A DNA stretch of 24,000 nucleotides, from the NCBI GenBank assembly GCA_031363705.1, contig JANLUX010000070.1, forward strand, positions 1 to 24,000. Direction: 5' to 3'. The translations under genes and the position numbers were made by a program. Positions 22,222 to 24,000 of the stretch are shown here, piece after piece. Source of the DNA: Bacteroidota bacterium (GTDB taxonomy: Bacteria; Bacteroidota; Bacteroidia; AKYH767-A; OLB10). The stretch's first letter is position 1. Each line of letters begins with the position of its first letter. The notes under the pieces are model-generated. The model did no database searches. It was not told the DNA's origin and saw nothing but the letters and a program-made list of their open reading frames with translations.

Positions 22222-23214
22222 ATGTCAAAAATCAAAGTTGCCATCAATGGATTCGGTAGAATCGGACGCACTGTTTTTAAAAAATTAATTACACATCCCT
22301 CATTTGAAGTAGTTGCAATCAATGACCTTACCGTCACCTCTACACTTGCACACTTATTAAAGTATGACTCAGTGCACGGAATTTTCAAGGCGGAGATAAG
22401 CAGTGATGAACACAATATAATTGTGAACGGAATAAAAGTGCCGGTTACTGCTGAGAAAGAACCAAAAAATCTCCCATGGAAAAAATTAATGGTTGATGTG
22501 GTGATTGAATCCACAGGAAAGTTTACAAAAGCAGAAGATGCAAAAGCTCATGTAGCTGCAGGAGCAAAAAAAGTAATCATATCTGCACCTGCATCAGGTG
22601 AATTAAAAACAATTGTATTGGGAGTAAATGATCATTTGATTGACAAAACCGAAGAAGTTATTTCCAATGCATCATGCACCACCAACAATGCAGCACCCAT
22701 GATTAAAATACTGGATGATGCTTTTGGAATTGAAACTGCTTACATCACCACTATTCATGCTTATACAGGCGATCAGAACTTACATGACGGACCACATAAA
22801 GATTTAAGAAGAGCAAGAGCAGCTGCACATTCTATCATACCCACCACTACAGGCGCTGCCAAAGCCATTGCCGATGTATTCCCTCATTTGAAAGGTAAAC
22901 TGGGAGGAGCGGGCATCCGTGTGCCGGTTATCAACGGATCTGTAACTGATATTACCTGTATGTTAAAAACTACTGCATCCGTTGAGCAAATCAATCAGCT
23001 TTTTAAAAATGCTTCTCAAAATTCAATGAAAGGAATCGTTGAATATACTGAAGACCCCATTGTATCTGTTGACATCATCGGCAATACACACTCATGCGTT
23101 TTTGATGCTCAACTCACTTCTGTTTTGGATCGTATGGTGAAAGTAGTGGGATGGTATGATAATGAGATGGGCTATTCGACACGGCTGGTGGATTTATGTG
23201 AAAGATTATTTTGA
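22222..23214 (+). CDS. gap: type I glyceraldehyde-3-phosphate dehydrogenase
   Basis: 330 aa. The N-terminal NAD-binding motif is KVAINGFGRIGR and the catalytic motif is SNASCTTN. The C-terminal WYDNEMGYS is present. Confidence 0.95.
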   Translation: MSKIKVAINGFGRIGRTVFKKLITHPSFEVVAINDLTVTSTLAHLLKYDSVHGIFKAEISSDEHNIIVNGIKVPVTAEKEPKNLPWKKLMVDVVIESTGKFTKAEDAKAHVAAGAKKVIISAPASGELKTIVLGVNDHLIDKTEEVISNASCTTNNAAPMIKILDDAFGIETAYITTIHAYTGDQNLHDGPHKDLRRARAAAHSIIPTTTGAAKAIADVFPHLKGKLGGAGIRVPVINGSVTDITCMLKTTASVEQINQLFKNASQNSMKGIVEYTEDPIVSVDIIGNTHSCVFDAQLTSVLDRMVKVVGWYDNEMGYSTRLVDLCERLF

Positions 23215-23319
23215 AGTAACAACCGTAACAGCAATTTATACATTTAAGTGGGGAAATGATAACTAACCATTTATAGCGTAGCAGAATTATCCGCAATAAA
23301 ATTTAATCATCTCCTGCCA

Positions 23320-24000
23320 TTATTTATTATAAATTCTTTTTAAAATAGCATCTCCCACCAAGGGTCTGTAATGTGATGCTTCATAATAATTAGAAACAGA
23401 GGATGTAAATTCATTTGCGCCTGAAAAATCATAGAGGTGGTTACCGAATACTTTTTCTAATTTTTCCAAATCATGAGTAGAAAATTTTACTTGCTCATAC
23501 AGAGGTCCAATGATGATTTTATAATCCGTTTTTTGTGCTTTAAAAATGTTTACTATTTCCTGCATGGTTTTTACATGCGAATTAGTGATTTTATTTTTTG
23601 AGTCAACAACCTCACCTTTGCGTTGATAAAAAACTGCTTTTCTTTTTCCATAGTAACCCGCAGGATTGTAAGTTAATTCCCTTTCATGATCTTCGATAGT
23701 AATCTGGTTGTTTACTGAATCCATTTTAATTTTTCTGTTTTCAATATAACCGAACATGCTGTCATCATAATGATGAGTGAATTTATATTTTAAGAAATAA
23801 TAAAGAAATTCGGGAGTGGTAAAAACCCTGAAGAAAATAAAATGAAAGCTGAACAAGCTGCTACCGGAAATTGCACGGTGTTTTACTGTTAAATGACCAG
23901 GGCTGTCATCATCCCGTGTAAAGGTGGCATCATGATCAATAATAATTAATGCATTGTTGATTTTTGCTTTTTGATTGTTTATAAAAGCAATTTTTTGATA
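23320..24000 (-). CDS. hypothetical protein (N-terminus lies outside the window)
   Basis: The ORF-track start at 23856 is a TTG. My manual translation shows the same minus-strand frame stays open through nt 24000 (…YQKIAFINNQKAKINNALIIIDHDATFTRDDDSPGHLTVKHRAISGSS-LFSFHF…). The gene therefore continues beyond the window. I recognise no family. Confidence 0.55.
   Translation of the reverse strand, partial: YQKIAFINNQKAKINNALIIIDHDATFTRDDDSPGHLTVKHRAISGSSLFSFHFIFFRVFTTPEFLYYFLKYKFTHHYDDSMFGYIENRKIKMDSVNNQITIEDHERELTYNPAGYYGKRKAVFYQRKGEVVDSKNKITNSHVKTMQEIVNIFKAQKTDYKIIIGPLYEQVKFSTHDLEKLEKVFGNHLYDFSGANEFTSSVSNYYEASHYRPLVGDAILKRIYNK

Noticed and set aside
1-24000. A search for CRISPR arrays, tRNA or rRNA genes, transposases, integrases and long terminal inverted repeats.
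   Set aside because: I saw no regularly spaced repeats, no cloverleaf-compatible segments in the intergenic regions (all 161 nt or shorter), and no ORF with DDE, tyrosine-recombinase or serine-recombinase motifs.

Overview
By eye this is an AT-rich stretch of chromosome, most likely from a member of the Bacteroidota. That call rests on recurring TAnnTTTG -7 promoter boxes, a DUF3078-type outer-membrane protein, a HisKA_7TM-type kinase, and gene starts with no obvious Shine-Dalgarno sequence. I support 22 protein-coding genes. I found no rRNA, tRNA, CRISPR array, transposase or integrase.

Layout, left to right:
- 1-639: the 3' part of a degenerate sugar-transferase-like gene.
- 712-1262: a ParE/RelE-type toxin-antitoxin cassette.
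- 2953-1307 (minus strand): a run of antitoxin, MazF/PemK toxin, DUF2442-like protein and DEDDh exonuclease.
- 2998-4626: pruA (P5C dehydrogenase).
- 4691-4752: a perfect 25-bp-arm palindrome.
- 4763-7921: a 1052-aa AddA/RecB-like helicase-nuclease.
- 8017-8943: a DUF3078 outer-membrane protein.
- 9031-10182: a membrane-anchored LamG-like/Ig-like protein.
- 10344-17994: a six-gene two-component signalling cluster, all on the minus strand.
- 18139-24000: housekeeping genes (LolC/E-like permease, guaD-type deaminase, OsmC-family protein, a secreted hypothetical protein, lipA, gap) and a truncated hypothetical gene at the right edge.

The three observations I rate highest:
1. The signalling cluster has 3 kinases, 5 receiver domains and 1 Hpt domain, but no recognisable DNA-binding output. 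Its only effector is a sigma54-type AAA+ activator that lacks the C-terminal HTH and carries GAFTDA instead of GAFTGA.
2. The ParE-type TA cassette is bracketed by an in-frame duplication of the last 10 codons plus stop of the upstream gene, which looks like an insertion scar.
3. The MazF-type TA pair is packed head-to-tail with a DUF2442-like gene, which is itself translationally coupled (TAATG) to a DnaQ-like exonuclease.

All functional calls come from motif recognition in the supplied translations. I ran no database search.
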